Origin: Mizuhopecten yessoensis
Lineage: Eukaryota
Length of the DNA stretch: 64,000 bases
Reading direction: 5' to 3'
Assembly (NCBI RefSeq): GCF_002113885.1
Contig: NW_018408148.1
Location: 540,951-604,950, forward strand
Shown here: positions 1 through 13,000 of the stretch, piece after piece
Position numbering within the stretch: the first letter of the stretch is position 1
How the letters are laid out: each line of letters opens with the position of its first letter
Notes under the pieces: model-generated
Databases searched by the model: none
What the model was told of the DNA's origin: nothing
Seen by the model: only the letters and a program-made list of their open reading frames with translations
Translations under genes and position numbers: made by a program

Positions 1-390
1 ACTTCTTCTCAATAACCAAAAGGCCCAGGGTACTGATATTGGGCCTGTAGCATGCTGGGATGAAGGACTATCAAGTTTGTTCAACTGAATGACCTTGACC
101 AACTTTCAAGGTCACAGGGGTCAAATGTCGTAAAATCTTCAAGCGACTTCTTTTCAATAAGCAAAAGGGCCAGGGTACTGAAATTGGGCCTGTAGCATGC
201 TGGGATGAAGGATTACCATGTTAGTTCAAATGAATGACCTTGATCCACTTTCAACCTAATGTCCTTGTTCGACAATCAAGGTCAGAGGTGTCATATTTTT
301 AAATCTTTTTATAGGTTCTTATGAAATCTTAAGATTACAAGTGTTAGATTAATAACAGGTGAGCGATGCAGGCCCATTGGGCCTCTTGTT
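1..390 (+). mobile_element. End of a HINE/Helentron-like non-autonomous element with about 150-bp internal repeats
   Basis: Two internal monomers (GGGCCTGTAGCATGCTGGGATGAAGG) and the terminal CAGGTGAGCGA...GGCCCATTGGGCCTCTTGTT palindrome. Confidence 0.65.
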
Positions 391-3300
391 ATGTTATCCC
401 CTTGACTTCAGGATAAATTTGCCTTCATAGTCGAGGTAGAAAAGGGTGAAAATTAAACATATTTAGTGAATTTCTAAGTGAAGTTCTAATAGATATACTT
501 ATAGATTAAGATGTTTGCATTAAGTAGCTAAGCTAGCAAGACTTTAAAAATCATGGCATTGAGTGCCAATATAACAACAGTATCAGGCAAAGCGCAGTAT
601 TTATACTGAATGATTTTAATAGACTTTTTTTAAAGGGAATAGAAATGTAAATATGCTTTGGTGTAGTTTTAATGCATTTAATGAAAAATGCAGTATCACG
701 CAAAGCGCAGACTTGTAAAGAAAAGCTATTTAGAAAGAAATATCAATGAGTGTTACTCACAAGTGGTCATGTGATTTAGACGGCCCTAAAACGCTTAACT
801 TGGTCAATGTTGGAGAGTTTTTGTTACAAAACAGATACGGATTGTTCAAAGACTGATTAGGTGTTACAACAAATATTTTAAATGTGCTTTTGGGGAACTA
901 TCTCAAAGAAGCTATTTTTTTTTATTTTTTTTTTCAGTTTTATCTATTTGTTAAATTTTTCGTTTATTTTTAATTTTTGCTTTTTGTTGTTGTCGCCTTT
1001 CGCTATTATACGTATAATGAATCTCTATAATTATATAGACTTTTAATAATGAAATGAAATATTCATATTGTAAAAGTTTAATGTTAAGATGGTAAACTAA
1101 TCAATAACCACTGGACCCAGGTTTCAGGTGTTCACTCTATAACCGCATCTGTATATCATAAATGACAAAAGTATGTTTTCAGTAATACGTTATAAGTGAA
1201 ATAGCAAAATATGGATACACCAGTACCAGACAGTGAACACACATATCAAAACATTTTTTTACTGCAATGCTTCGCAAGTGTGTAACACTTCATGCTTCTA
1301 AGCTACTAACCTACTATACTGATCTTTAGGAAAAGTAATTTTAGATTTTAACAAAATCCAAACAAAAACATTTCGTTGAAAAATACAAAAATCATGTTAA
1401 AAAACATTAAAAACTGCGTTTACAAAACGTCACAACAACACCAAACGACACTAAACAACGCCGTTAAACATGAAATTTTGCGATAAAAATACACTTTTCG
1501 TTAAAAACATGCGGTAAAAATTTGTTGGAAAATAAACATTTCATTTTAAAAAAGCAACAAAAAAATACGATAAAACGAAAATGAAAAAAAAAGGTTTTAT
1601 TGAAATTATGTTGAAGAAAAAAAGGGTCACACCATCTGTTAATTTCAGTTTGCCCTCGCATACTTTAGACCAAATTGGTGGGAAAACATATATTCGTACG
1701 GGAGAAGGATTTTAAATATCAATCACTATGTTTCCCTGTCTCCATTTATACACAAATGGGTCATACTTTTTGTCAAAGTATCCAGTATACGTGATCGAAT
1801 CTATGGCGGCATATCAGATTTTAGCGTGTTCTTACTTGTCAATGTCCTTGTTTAACTATTCATTTCTTTAATAATTTGAGGACACATTATTGCGAGTTAC
1901 CCGTGAAAGTAATGTGTTTCGACATGGATTTTCCAGTTTAATAAAAGCTATATATAGATCGTCGGACAGCTGTTTGTTAACCCGTGTTGTCGTTCCTTGA
2001 CGAGTTCCCTATAGCTACATGCTGTGGTTTATTTATGACAGGTACGCTTAGAAGTATTTGCTTCCGATTGAAAACAATTTGAATGTTTTACTAGCCATTG
2101 GTTGAAGTTGACCAGCCTTTCCAGCAACTGATCTTAAACTTGGTTACCATAAAATTTATTCAAGCTAAAAAAAGTGGCTTAGATTTTAACACATATCGTA
2201 CATTCATACAAGCAAGCACCACTTTGTATCAATATATCGTAACAACAGTAATAAGATACCGTAATACTCATTTGAGATGTCACAAATGTCAATGAGGTAT
2301 CTTCACTAGTTTAGAAGTAATTATCCATTCCAGAAACAAGATTCAAAGTTGAATGTGATGATTAGAGGATTTCTTTTGCATTAGAGCCAGCTACGGTACG
2401 TTATGTACACCAGAAGTGCTAAAAAGGTGCTATTGTGTATCACATAGCTACAGTTATCGGTGTTTTATACCTATTGCACAAATTGTGTTATTTTAAGAAT
2501 TTACATTTTCATTTTAGTCCCTATATAAACATTATCTGGAGAAAATGTTTTCATATGAGGATTCAATCCTTATATTTAAATTAAAAACAATTTGGTTATT
2601 ATTGATCTAAATATAGTTATTCACTTAAATTTTCGATTTTAAGAGTCTGTATCGTCAGTGCATTCGCAATTGCCGGAACACCCTAATGTCACTTAAATGT
2701 TTTCTTTTACGGCATTATTCGAGGCGAGAGGAGAAGCTTCAAAATGACACTGATCAAATGCGCTATGAACGAAATTTCTTCTGGTAGTGCTTATCTATAC
2801 AAGAGATTGCAGTGGAAATGTAAATATAGGGCTGTGCACGCCAACGAGATAAGCATCCTTTTGATGCTTCTCCCCACATCTCGAACAAAGCGAGATCAAC
2901 GTAAGAAACAACAGATGCAATAACACCACAGATATTAAAATATAAAAAATCCTTATGTTCGGATCACTTTAATGTCTATAAATTTGGAATGTAAATATAC
3001 AAATTGAGCGGTGGTTTTTAAACATTCACGGCATTATGACTACAAACTGAGAAACCTGCTCAGTTGCTGTATGATTTTTTTTAAGTGATTGTCCTTGGCG
3101 CCCATTGTTGAAACTGTGACGTTATACTTTCAATACTTCACTGTCATGTCTCCAAAGAAAAACGTTTGGAGTCAACAGGTCGAATTTAGATTTCGATTCA
3201 GCTGGAGAAACTGCTGTTTTCACGAATTATCGAAATATTTAGTCTCTGTTATGTAACGATAAACCGAATATTATATCCGTTTCTTAAAATGATTTCAACT

Positions 3301-3396
3301 ATTTGTAGTTCTCCAGAAGCGCAATCAATAAAGCAAAAAAAAAATAGAAAGAAATAATCAGGCAATCTCTTAAGTTATGAAATAAAACCTTATGTA

Positions 3397-3628
3397 GGGG
3401 GCCGCGGTGGCCAAGTGGTTAAGGCGTCTGTCATTCTGCTACCACTAGCCCTCCACCACTCTGGGGTTGCGGGCTCGAGACCTACGTGGGGCAGTCGCCA
3501 GGTACTGACCGTAGGTTGGCGGTTTTTCTCCGGGAAATTCTGCTTTCCTCCACCAACAAAACCTGGCACGTCCTTGAAATGACCATAACTGTTAATAGGA
3601 CGTAAAACACAAACAAACCAAACCAAAC
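3397..3628 (+). mobile_element. tRNA-headed SINE with V-domain-like core and (CAAA)n tail
   Basis: A box TGGCCAAGTGG, B-box-like GGCTCGAGACC, core GGTTTTTCTCCGGG...TTTCCTCCACCA. Copies at 26529-26811 (+) and 51147-51360 (-). Confidence 0.8.
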
Positions 3629-4779
3629 TAAAATAAAGACAACGTTGAATAAAAACAACAAGAGAATACATGTTAACAAAATCGTAATTCGAACTCAAAT
3701 CGATAAACCTAGGGCAAAGTATGATCAAAGGAAACATTTACCTCAAGACCCTTGAAATAGTACAAGGAGAATACGGTCAGGTGTTCCGGAAGGATAAGCG
3801 TCTTCTGCTTCATCGACGACACTCGCCATGTAAAGTCTAAGACGAATCCCAGTAATTGGTTCATTGTTCATTGTTCATTGTTGACGACATCGTTGTAAGC
3901 GTTGCGTTTGGAGGCATTTCGAGTAGACATACAATACTCAATACTAGTGAAATTGAATGTATGTTGTACATTGATTTCCGGTTCCATTTAAAAAAAGGAC
4001 GTACAATTCTAAAGAGATATCAAAGGCCTGTATAATTTACAAGTAACAGAACGAAGCATATAATACAGTTTTGTAAGTCTGCATACAGTTTGATAAGCAC
4101 ATACATGACAATATTATTTAGTTAAAAGTATTACGAATATTAAAAGGTTCATGGGATCAAACATTTTTGGGGATGATTTTTCCAGTGTTTGGTTAACCTG
4201 GTCTTAAAGAAAAACAGGGATATGGAGCAAAGACAATTCCAGTTATAAACAACAACGCTAAACTTAAAAGAAAAACTTCATATCACACACAGAAATAGGC
4301 TGAATTCTTTCCATGCGAAATCCTGTTTGCGACCATGAAACTTATACCACGGTCTAATCTAAGTCCTTGCTTATGCATAGTCTCCACCAATCTGCGTCTT
4401 GAAGTCATGAAATTCGGGCCAATCTCTTGAGGACCGAATCACAATGATCGGCGAAATGTAAACAGGACAGGAAGGGGGAATGAGGATGTTGCTATCAAGA
4501 AAGGGAACATTCACGATTAAAAGACGAAAGCGTCCCGTTTATCCTAAAGCTTATTAGTAATCGTCCATGTTGGTCATGTTGTTGTGATATTGTAAGTAAA
4601 GATCGACGATAGCCGCTGAAGTTGAGGAGTATGTGTCCTTGATTTCAAGCTACGAAGGATACAGTATATACGATCGATGCAACCAATGAATTTCTTCTTA
4701 TTCAAATACACATCGTTTATATATTTGAATGTGAAGTTGAAAGACTTGACAAGGTTTTTGTTACGATGATCAGAAAAGA

Positions 4780-6112
4780 AACAAGAGGCCCAAGGGGCTT
4801 AGCGGTCACCTGAGTTACATCATAGGTACTGGTAGCTCAATTTTATTTTTTGAGATGTGATGTGGGAATCAACATGTAAACTAAGTGAAATACAATACTT
4901 GTCATGTCATCAAAGGTTAAAAAAAATAAAACATTGGTAAATTTTCCCTTTGGGGCCCCGCCCTAGCCCCTGGGGATTGGGCAGGAATACCATTTTTTTC
5001 AATGTTATACCCTCATCCACCAAAGATGATTCTGACCAAGTTTGAATAACTTTCTGCTGAAAATGGATAAACTATATCCAAAAGTGTTATTTCCCTTTAT
5101 AATCTAAAGTTGTCAAAATATACCCAAAAGTGTTATTTCCTTATATAAATTATAGTAAACTTTACCCCCTCCCCAAGTGAGAACGGATGTCTCGGGGGCC
5201 CTGAAATTCACAATTTCAATGAAGCCCCTGATGATCTTTCCATCCATGCACAGAAATGGACTGTAGTACCTCTTAGTCCATCCTTGATATCCAAGGGTTA
5301 TACGCTCACTTTCGCTCTCTACACCCCTGTAATATGTCATAGCAAATTTGAAGGCATGAAGATAGCTGTTTGATTGATCTCAGGTAAAATAAACTGACCG
5401 ATCGCTAGGCTGATACCTGTCCTTTGAAGATAACAAAGGAGAGACGCCCGACTTCAAAGCCTGTCCGCGAGATTCTTTTGGTGTATATCAAAGGATTGAA
5501 CTAGTCTTCTTGTCTCATCCACAAGGTGGCGCACACTGAGCCTTAAATTTTGCTATGACATATTCCAGGAGTGTAAAGAGCGAAAGTGAGCGTACCCCTG
5601 GATATCGAGGATGGCGTACCCCTGGATATCGAGGATGCTCTTAGTCTGGAGAAGATTTTTGAAATATTAGGCCCCGCCCTGGCCCCTGGGGTTTGGGTAG
5701 GAATCCCAATTTTACAATTTGAAACCTTCTTCCTCCAAGAATAATTTTCACTAAGTAAGACTAATTTCCTACAGAAAGTTGTCAAAATATACCCAAAAGT
5801 GTTATTTCCTTATATAAATTATAGTAAACTTTACCCCCTCCCCAAGGGAGAACGGATAGCTCGGGGTCCTGAAATTTAAAATTTAAACATGCAAAGAAAA
5901 TGACTGTAGTACCTCTGAGTCTGGAGAAGAAGATATTTGAAATATTGGTTAATTTTCCCTTTGGGGCCCGCCCTGGGCCCAGGGTTTTGGGGGTAGGAAT
6001 CCCAATTTTATAATTTTGTAGCCTCATCTATTAAGGATGATTCTGACCAAGGTTGAAAAAATTCCATCCGCTGGTCCTTGAGAAGAAGTTGAAAAGTTTA
6101 CGGACGACGACG
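4780..6112 (-). mobile_element. HINE/Helentron-like element with tandem internal monomers, interrupted by a MITE
   Basis: AACAAGAGGCCCAAGGGGCT...CACCTG terminus, repeated monomers, (GAC)n microsatellite at the other end. Inverted copy at 42680-43290. Confidence 0.7.
5279..5637. mobile_element. MITE with about 75-bp TIRs and a 9-bp TSD (Mutator-like)
   Basis: CATCCTTGATATCC...GGATATCGAGGATG, TSD CTCTTAGTC on both sides. The last 24 bp are tandemly duplicated. Confidence 0.85.
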
Positions 6113-6260
6113 CAAATGTGTATGCAGGCCTTCCAAGGCTTTGTCAAGGCTCGACAGAAACCAGCATCATTTTACTGGGTCCGACCTTATTTCATAAACG
6201 AACAACTCTGGTCCAATCGGTGTAATCGTTTGGACCGCGATAAACGAAAACGGCCCAGTG
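6112..6260 (+). repeat. Dispersed repeat family (GGCCTTGCAAGGCTTTGTCAAGGCTC...CATAAACGAACAAC); copies near 7530-7685, 16865-17045, 30245-30420
   Basis: Four co-oriented homologous copies. Class not determined. Confidence 0.75.
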
Positions 6261-7022
6261 ATCTAAAAAACGTATTTTTTTCCCGGCAGAATTTGAAAAG
6301 TGATAAATAGACAGTTTAGCTCATTCCCATTAGGAGATTCGTATTTTTTATCATGAACGAGCAAAATGGCTCCTGAGATTTCATATGGAATAGCTGATCA
6401 TGAATGGTTGGTAAATCCAGGGGCGTTTCTAGGATATTTGAAAGAGGGGGCGTAGAATCCAATCTTTCAAATTTTTTGGACCTTTTGTTTTGCTAATAAT
6501 TGTGAAATGCACTAATGTAACGGTTCCTGACTTGGAGCATGTATATTTTATAGTTAAAGTTAAAGTGTCAGAGTGTTTAATTAATGAATATGATAAATTG
6601 CCATATTCAATTCAATTTTTTTGAAAAGGGGGGGGGGGNATCCACAGTTTCGGAGAATAAAAAACAATGTATCAAGAATATTATGCCCTTCTCTCACGCG
6701 TCCACTAAATTACATAACGTATCTTAAAAACTACATGTGGCTTGACATTGTTTTAGAAAGAAATAACGCAAACTAGCAATATTCAGCAGTTTAGTTTCGG
6801 CCAGGTACGTCTGAACCCCTCAATCTACACGTACCAAATTTTCCTGAGGTCAGCCTCGGTCCAAATCTGTACCTGTCGTTTTCTTTACAGGTTCAACCGG
6901 TTCAACCGTTTCAACCGGTAACGCGAATGTACCCTTTGTTGAGCAGGCTCGTCCGGTCTCTCCGGTTTGCATTTAGTTTCGCCAGTATCTCACAAACATT
7001 CTTGTGATTCAGAAAATCCAAT

Positions 7023-10000
7023 ATGGCGGTCGAAGGTGCCTCGCCGAACTTTGGCGAAATGCAACTGGACTTGGAGGAGCAGGAATTGCAGGTTAGCTTT
7101 TTAAGATGTATATACTGACCTAGCTTAGCTGTTCAATGGGAGAATTCTATGTCATGAATAGGTTACAACCATCCTATAACGTTAAATGATGGATGAATAT
7201 ACACGGTAAGGTACCGAACACCTTCGTCATTATGTTTGACGGTTCAACCACAGGGTCACGTTACAATCACACTTATGCTATACTGATGTGTGTTGTGACT
7301 CATATCAGTATAGCATAAATGTGCTTGTAACGTGACCCGGTGGTTCAACACCTTTCAATGGCGACTGGCCAGTTTCAGTTCGTTAATGACAAAAAGCATG
7401 CTACACACACTGAGTCAAGTCTTTTTTCCGTTCTGGAAGCAAGCCGACAACGTACAGGAATATGATGACTCAAAACCCGGTGGTGAATCTGGATGGGTTT
7501 TCTGGTACCAGTGTTCGTTTATAATAATAAATGTAACATTTTTGGGTATATATCCTGGCGGACCTGCAACTGTTTAGGTAGGCCTTGCAAGGCTTTGTCA
7601 AGGCTCGCCTGAAAGTGGGATAAGATTACTCGGTCCGACCATATTCCATAAACGAACAACTTTTGTCCAACCGGTTCAACCGTTCATGTACTGGAGCACC
7701 ATCAAATCTGGCTATATAGTCAAATATGACTATAAGTATATGTAGCCCAGTATTATATACTATGTATACATGTAACCCTGGTAAATACTAGCCGCAATAT
7801 ATCGCTCGGCTATAGAGAACTTCTCTTTAGCTCGATCGGTTGAGCGTTAGACTAGTAAGCCAGAGGTCCCGGGTTCGATCCCATGCGGAGGTAGTGATTC
7901 ATATTTAATTAATCATGCGCTCTGTTACATACACATGCAGGTACTAGCCTCGTCTGACAATACACCTGTAATATAATCATAGGTGTATTGACAGACGAGG
8001 CTATAGCTACTGACTCGGCTAGGGAGATTTTCTCTTTAGCTCATTCGGTAGAGCGTAAGACTAGTAAGCCTGAGTTCCCGGTCCATAGAATATGTTTGTT
8101 GCCAACTGCGTTCATACTACCGTATATGCAATCAAAATGAAGGTCAATCCTTAAATATAGGGTGAATGTACAAACACACCAGTACTGTTCGTAATTATCT
8201 TGTGCACATCAATTGAAGTGTACAACCTAAACCTAACAGGTAAGTTGGTGAAATAAAAGAATTTCACCTAAAAACTCAATTGCATTGTCATTCATTTGTT
8301 TGATTTCCATCGTTGCGTTTTTTTCCCTGTCAACATACATCACTTATTAGTAACAAACTATAGTGTTACTTTGTTCGTGTTACCGAAGATTAGCATCCTG
8401 ATGAAGCAGATTCGGCCTGTGCTTTCGAGTAAGAATGATAACATGCATTTACATTTGTTCGTGTGTCGGGAGGGAGTGAAATGTTTTGTGTTTCGTACAG
8501 AAATTGTTACTATTCCTGTCTGATCATCAGATGGAGAGGGTAAAAGGATGCAAGTACCAAGAATTGCAATGGTGACATTCAACAGTCATCGGAAATTGAG
8601 TTTTTAGATAAAAATATTTTATTTCACTGACTCGCTTGTTTGGTAAACATTTCAATCGATGTGCACAAGATAATTACGACCAAAATCTTCTTACTAATTG
8701 ATACCAGACAAATTTATAAATTTCACACAAGGGTAAACATCAAAGACATTTTGACATTGTCTTAGATTGGTCTTTTTATCTGCCACAGCAACTCCAGGGG
8801 GATCCTAGCAGGTTTATCTAATGAGTCATGGGTGAGGTAACCTATAGTGGTTGTTGGAGAAATACATTTACCGCTTCGTATTTCAGATCAAAGTCCTTAT
8901 TACTGTAAATTCTTGTTTGTTTCCTCCTTAGAACCTCATTACTAGGACAGATGTCCTGCATTTTCATCAATTATTTAACCTTTTCAGTTTTTATGATCAA
9001 TAGATCTGCAATGTCTAATGTTATAATATCTGCTTGACACATTCCAACATCATGAATACCGCCACTATATAATATTTTCAACATCCGGTGACATTTTATA
9101 TTGTAACATTAATCATGTTTGTCTGCAAATTTGGGGATTGCCACCCACCATATTAAAGTTACCAGGATAATTTGCATTGGATAACCTTAATGTTTCAGGC
9201 ACCTGGTGGAGTTGGTTCCCCTCAATTGTATAACCAGCTGCTGGCCCTGTATCTCCTCCATAATGAGATGTGAGTATACTGTAATATCACTATATCAGTA
9301 GCATGAAAATATTGAGTAAAATGTGAGTATGATAATATTAATAATATAATCATATAATATTCATATCACCAAGACCGCAAGATTTCAGTATGGTAGCAGT
9401 GCAGTACGTACATGACAATATATAACACAAGTGTTCATATGGATATTTTTAATTTTTATGATATATATAGAATGCAATACACAGGGATGTATGAATTGAT
9501 CAAGTTGACAATTCATGACCTATATCATATTCAGAAAATTAAAGGCTATCTATTTTTTTCTTTAAAAAAAAGACAACTTCGTATATTATATTCAACTATG
9601 TTTACCCAAAAAACTGATGATCTGGAAAACTATTCAGTTAAAAAAAATCCACAAATGAAATAAAATTTACTAGTGCCAGTATGTTTTTAACTTTCGCAAG
9701 CCTAGGCTAAATATCTAGTATTTGGTATGCCTGTTGCGTTAGTGGAGTTTTACGAAAAACTCTAGCATGTTTTTGATGTTTAATACATGTGTTCTGCTGT
9801 AGGTGCCAGGCAAAGTTTCTTTGGAAGAGAATTCCAACAGCAGTGAAAAGTGTGAGTAGTGTAGCGGAACTGGACTTGGTCGATCGTCAGAGACCATATA
9901 GCTCAATTGGTAGAGCACCGTCTAGAGTTGGGAGGGTCCCAGGTTAAAACCCCGGGTCTGGCCGTGCATTTTTCCTCTCCTGTTACATAGGTACATGTGA

Positions 10001-13000
10001 CAAATCCTTGTTTCAAGCATTTGGTTTATGTTTGGCAAAAGGGTCTGATACCCAAACCTGGGTTGTAAATACGGTGATGTCTTCGAGGGCAAAGACTTAG
10101 AAAAAGGAATGTATCGGAACTGGACTGGGTCGATTGTCAGAGACCATATAGCTCAATTGGTAGAGCACCATCTAGAGTTTGGAGGGTCCCGGGTTCAAAC
10201 CCTCGGTCTGGCTGTGCATTTTTCCTCTCCTGTTACAGTAGTATTCAATCAACCATCAATGAAACCTCACAATATTAGCTCTTGTCTTCAGTAATAGTGA
10301 CACCTAAACATTTCCCTAAGTCTCATATTCTTTATATGATCATTGTCAAACATATACATATGCAATGTTTTTGCAAGACCTTAAATTTTTGGGTGAAATC
10401 AGGCATAAATCACAAATTTTGACCTCTTTTTCTGGCAAATTTCACTTTATATCCTTTGACATAAAAAAACCACTTTTTTATTTCACTTTGTTTTGAAGGT
10501 GGCTCCTCATTTACTGTAATCCATTGTATGCTTTGTTTGCAGACGACCCCTGAGTTGACTACGATCTGGGCAGCAGGCCAGAAGATGTGGCAAAGAGACT
10601 ACACAGGAAGTTACGAGGCCTTGAAGAAAGAATATTCTACAGAGGTCAAGCCCATAATGGAGGCAGCCCTTGGTATGAACCCCACATAGCATTGTACTTC
10701 AAACATGTTATGATGTTAATTTCATAATTTTCAATTTTGTTGCTATGCTGAGGCTTCTACGCATGGGCAATTTAAAAAATCTGCACCAATATAGCCCCAA
10801 TTATAAACCGATATGATGTTTGAAAAGAGTTTTGTCGATAAATTTACCAGGTAAGTATTTTTTTTCTTTTCATGGGGCCGAAAATGCCCGAGTCCTTTAT
10901 AAACACTAAAAAGTATATTTGTTGTAGTTCACTCCTGCTCGAAACAATAGGTCATGTAATGGAACCAAATACATAGTGAGAGAAGTATGTTTCTAGGACC
11001 TACTAAAGATCTATAAAGTGGATTTCAGCAATATTTGAGGAAAATTTGTTCAGAGAAAGTGTACTTTTCAATGTATTTCAGTGCTAATGGTCCAAGCAAA
11101 TTAAAACATGTAGATTTGTGTAGCTTGCTAAAACTTAAGTTTACAAAATGAATGATGGCCAAACAGATTTTCCCCAAGAGCCACAAGTCAGATACACACA
11201 GTCATATTACAAATTATCATGAAAATGATTACAATACACAGGTCTTTCTATTCCGTCTTTGCATATTGCAGAGTTATCTTCTCTTGTGAGCAGGTATTGA
11301 TTGTTACGTCATTGGTTTGTGTGAGAAAATTACGTCGTTTTCTCAAAAATTGATGACGTTACTCTCACAAACAAATGATGTAACAATCAATACCTGCTTA
11401 CAAGAGTAGATAACTCTGCAATACAAAAAGACGGAATACCAATGATGACCACATTTGTAAATCAGTATCTGGTTATGTACAGGATCATAGGTAAGGAAGC
11501 TTTCAAGTTCTTCTTCTTGTTTAAAATAGTAATTGTTAATAGCTCAAAATTGTAATTTTTGTTTTAGGAAGTTTAACGAAGTAGTTCTTTTTAATTAGGC
11601 GAAAACAGAATGCTTGTTTTATTAGGTACATCAGTCGTTACAGTTATATCATCTGATCTAGTATCACTGTATTAAATGTGATATGATGTTTGTACAGGTA
11701 ACTGAAGACAAATCATCCACCTTGTGCTGCTGATACTTAACGCATTCATCCCTGAAAACACATTTGAACTCCTCCAATTCAAAAGCTGGAACAGTTCATT
11801 ATGAAATTTCAGGGATGAATGAGTTAATGAAATGAAAGGAGTCTGGTATTGTATTGCTACAGGCAATTGCATTTCTACAATTACTGATTTGTACAAGTTT
11901 TTTGTTTTGCTGTTTTAACCCAAAAACATGTGATTTAGTAACTTTTTATTCTTGTTTTCATCCCGAAAGGACGAGGTATAATAATTTGCTTAAATCACAT
12001 AGGTCATCTTTTTGTAATGGGGAAACAAATCAAACATGAAAAAAGGGGACGAAAATACATGCTTATTTGCTATACCCTAATCTCCAATCTTTTTGGCTGT
12101 AAAAATGTTGTGTTTTTGTTATTCCACAAATAGAACATGAGATTCACGTAACTTCTTTATCTCATGTTTTTCCCTGAAAAGAAAAGAATTAACAGACCTC
12201 AATACATTTCTGTTAAATTTGTCTTTTTGGGGCAAAACAATGCAACAACATGCTAACAAAAATCAGCTACTGTATGTTTAACTTTGTGTCACATTTTAAC
12301 AAATATATCTGAATATGTGTATTAAGAAACAATCGTAAAAGAGAATTTTACCGAGTAGTGAGTTTAACAAACTAATACTGATATTCTGTTTTTTAGAGGC
12401 GTATCGTAGACGAGCGTTCCACCTAGTGTCCCAGGCCTACTCCTCAATCAATGCTGATGAGCTGGCTACTTTTCTGGGAATGCCCACGTCTGAGGCTGTG
12501 CAAGGTATAACATAACATCATTTATAATTATGTATCAATGATTTTGATGCCCCTGTAGCAAAATGTTACAACAATGTAATATAATTATAGTTTATATTCT
12601 AGCTTCAGTTAACTTCTTTGTACCAGCTATTACTTTCTCATTTTCACAGAAATTTTGTTAAAACATCTCACACATTTATGTTCATTCCGGTATTAGCTAT
12701 AGGCTGAAAGTGTTTTCATCCAGGGTCAAGGCCACAAGTCGAGGTCAAAATTCTTAGCTATATCTGTATTCATTTAGTTCCTTATTACATGTACTATAAT
12801 TATATAAATACCTACATGACAATCAGTGCTGCATGCTCTTTCCAATGTCAAGGTCATTGATAAAGTCAAAGGTTATAATTCTGTCTATTTCCTTGGTCAA
12901 CCCTTTACTTCTTTAACAAGTCACTGCTGTAGATACATCATTGACTGATATATAAAAAAAAAATGAGATCTAACGACCGACTAGAAAAAAACAAGCTGCT

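Noticed and set aside
1780-4740. CpG-richer patches and donor-like sites that could be UTR or regulatory exons of a neighbouring gene
   Set aside because: I could not establish a coherent ORF or exon chain.
6625-6640. Poly-G run as a G-quadruplex element
   Set aside because: It ends at an assembly N inside a MITE-like sequence, so it is unreliable.
9181-9198. U12-like branch point (CCTTAAT) at COPS8 intron 1
   Set aside because: The donor is GTTAGC, not GTATCC, so the intron is treated as U2-type.
9893-9965. Functional tRNA genes at 9893, 10143, 7821, 3397
   Set aside because: Broken stems or degenerate B boxes, and each is embedded in an LTR or SINE body.
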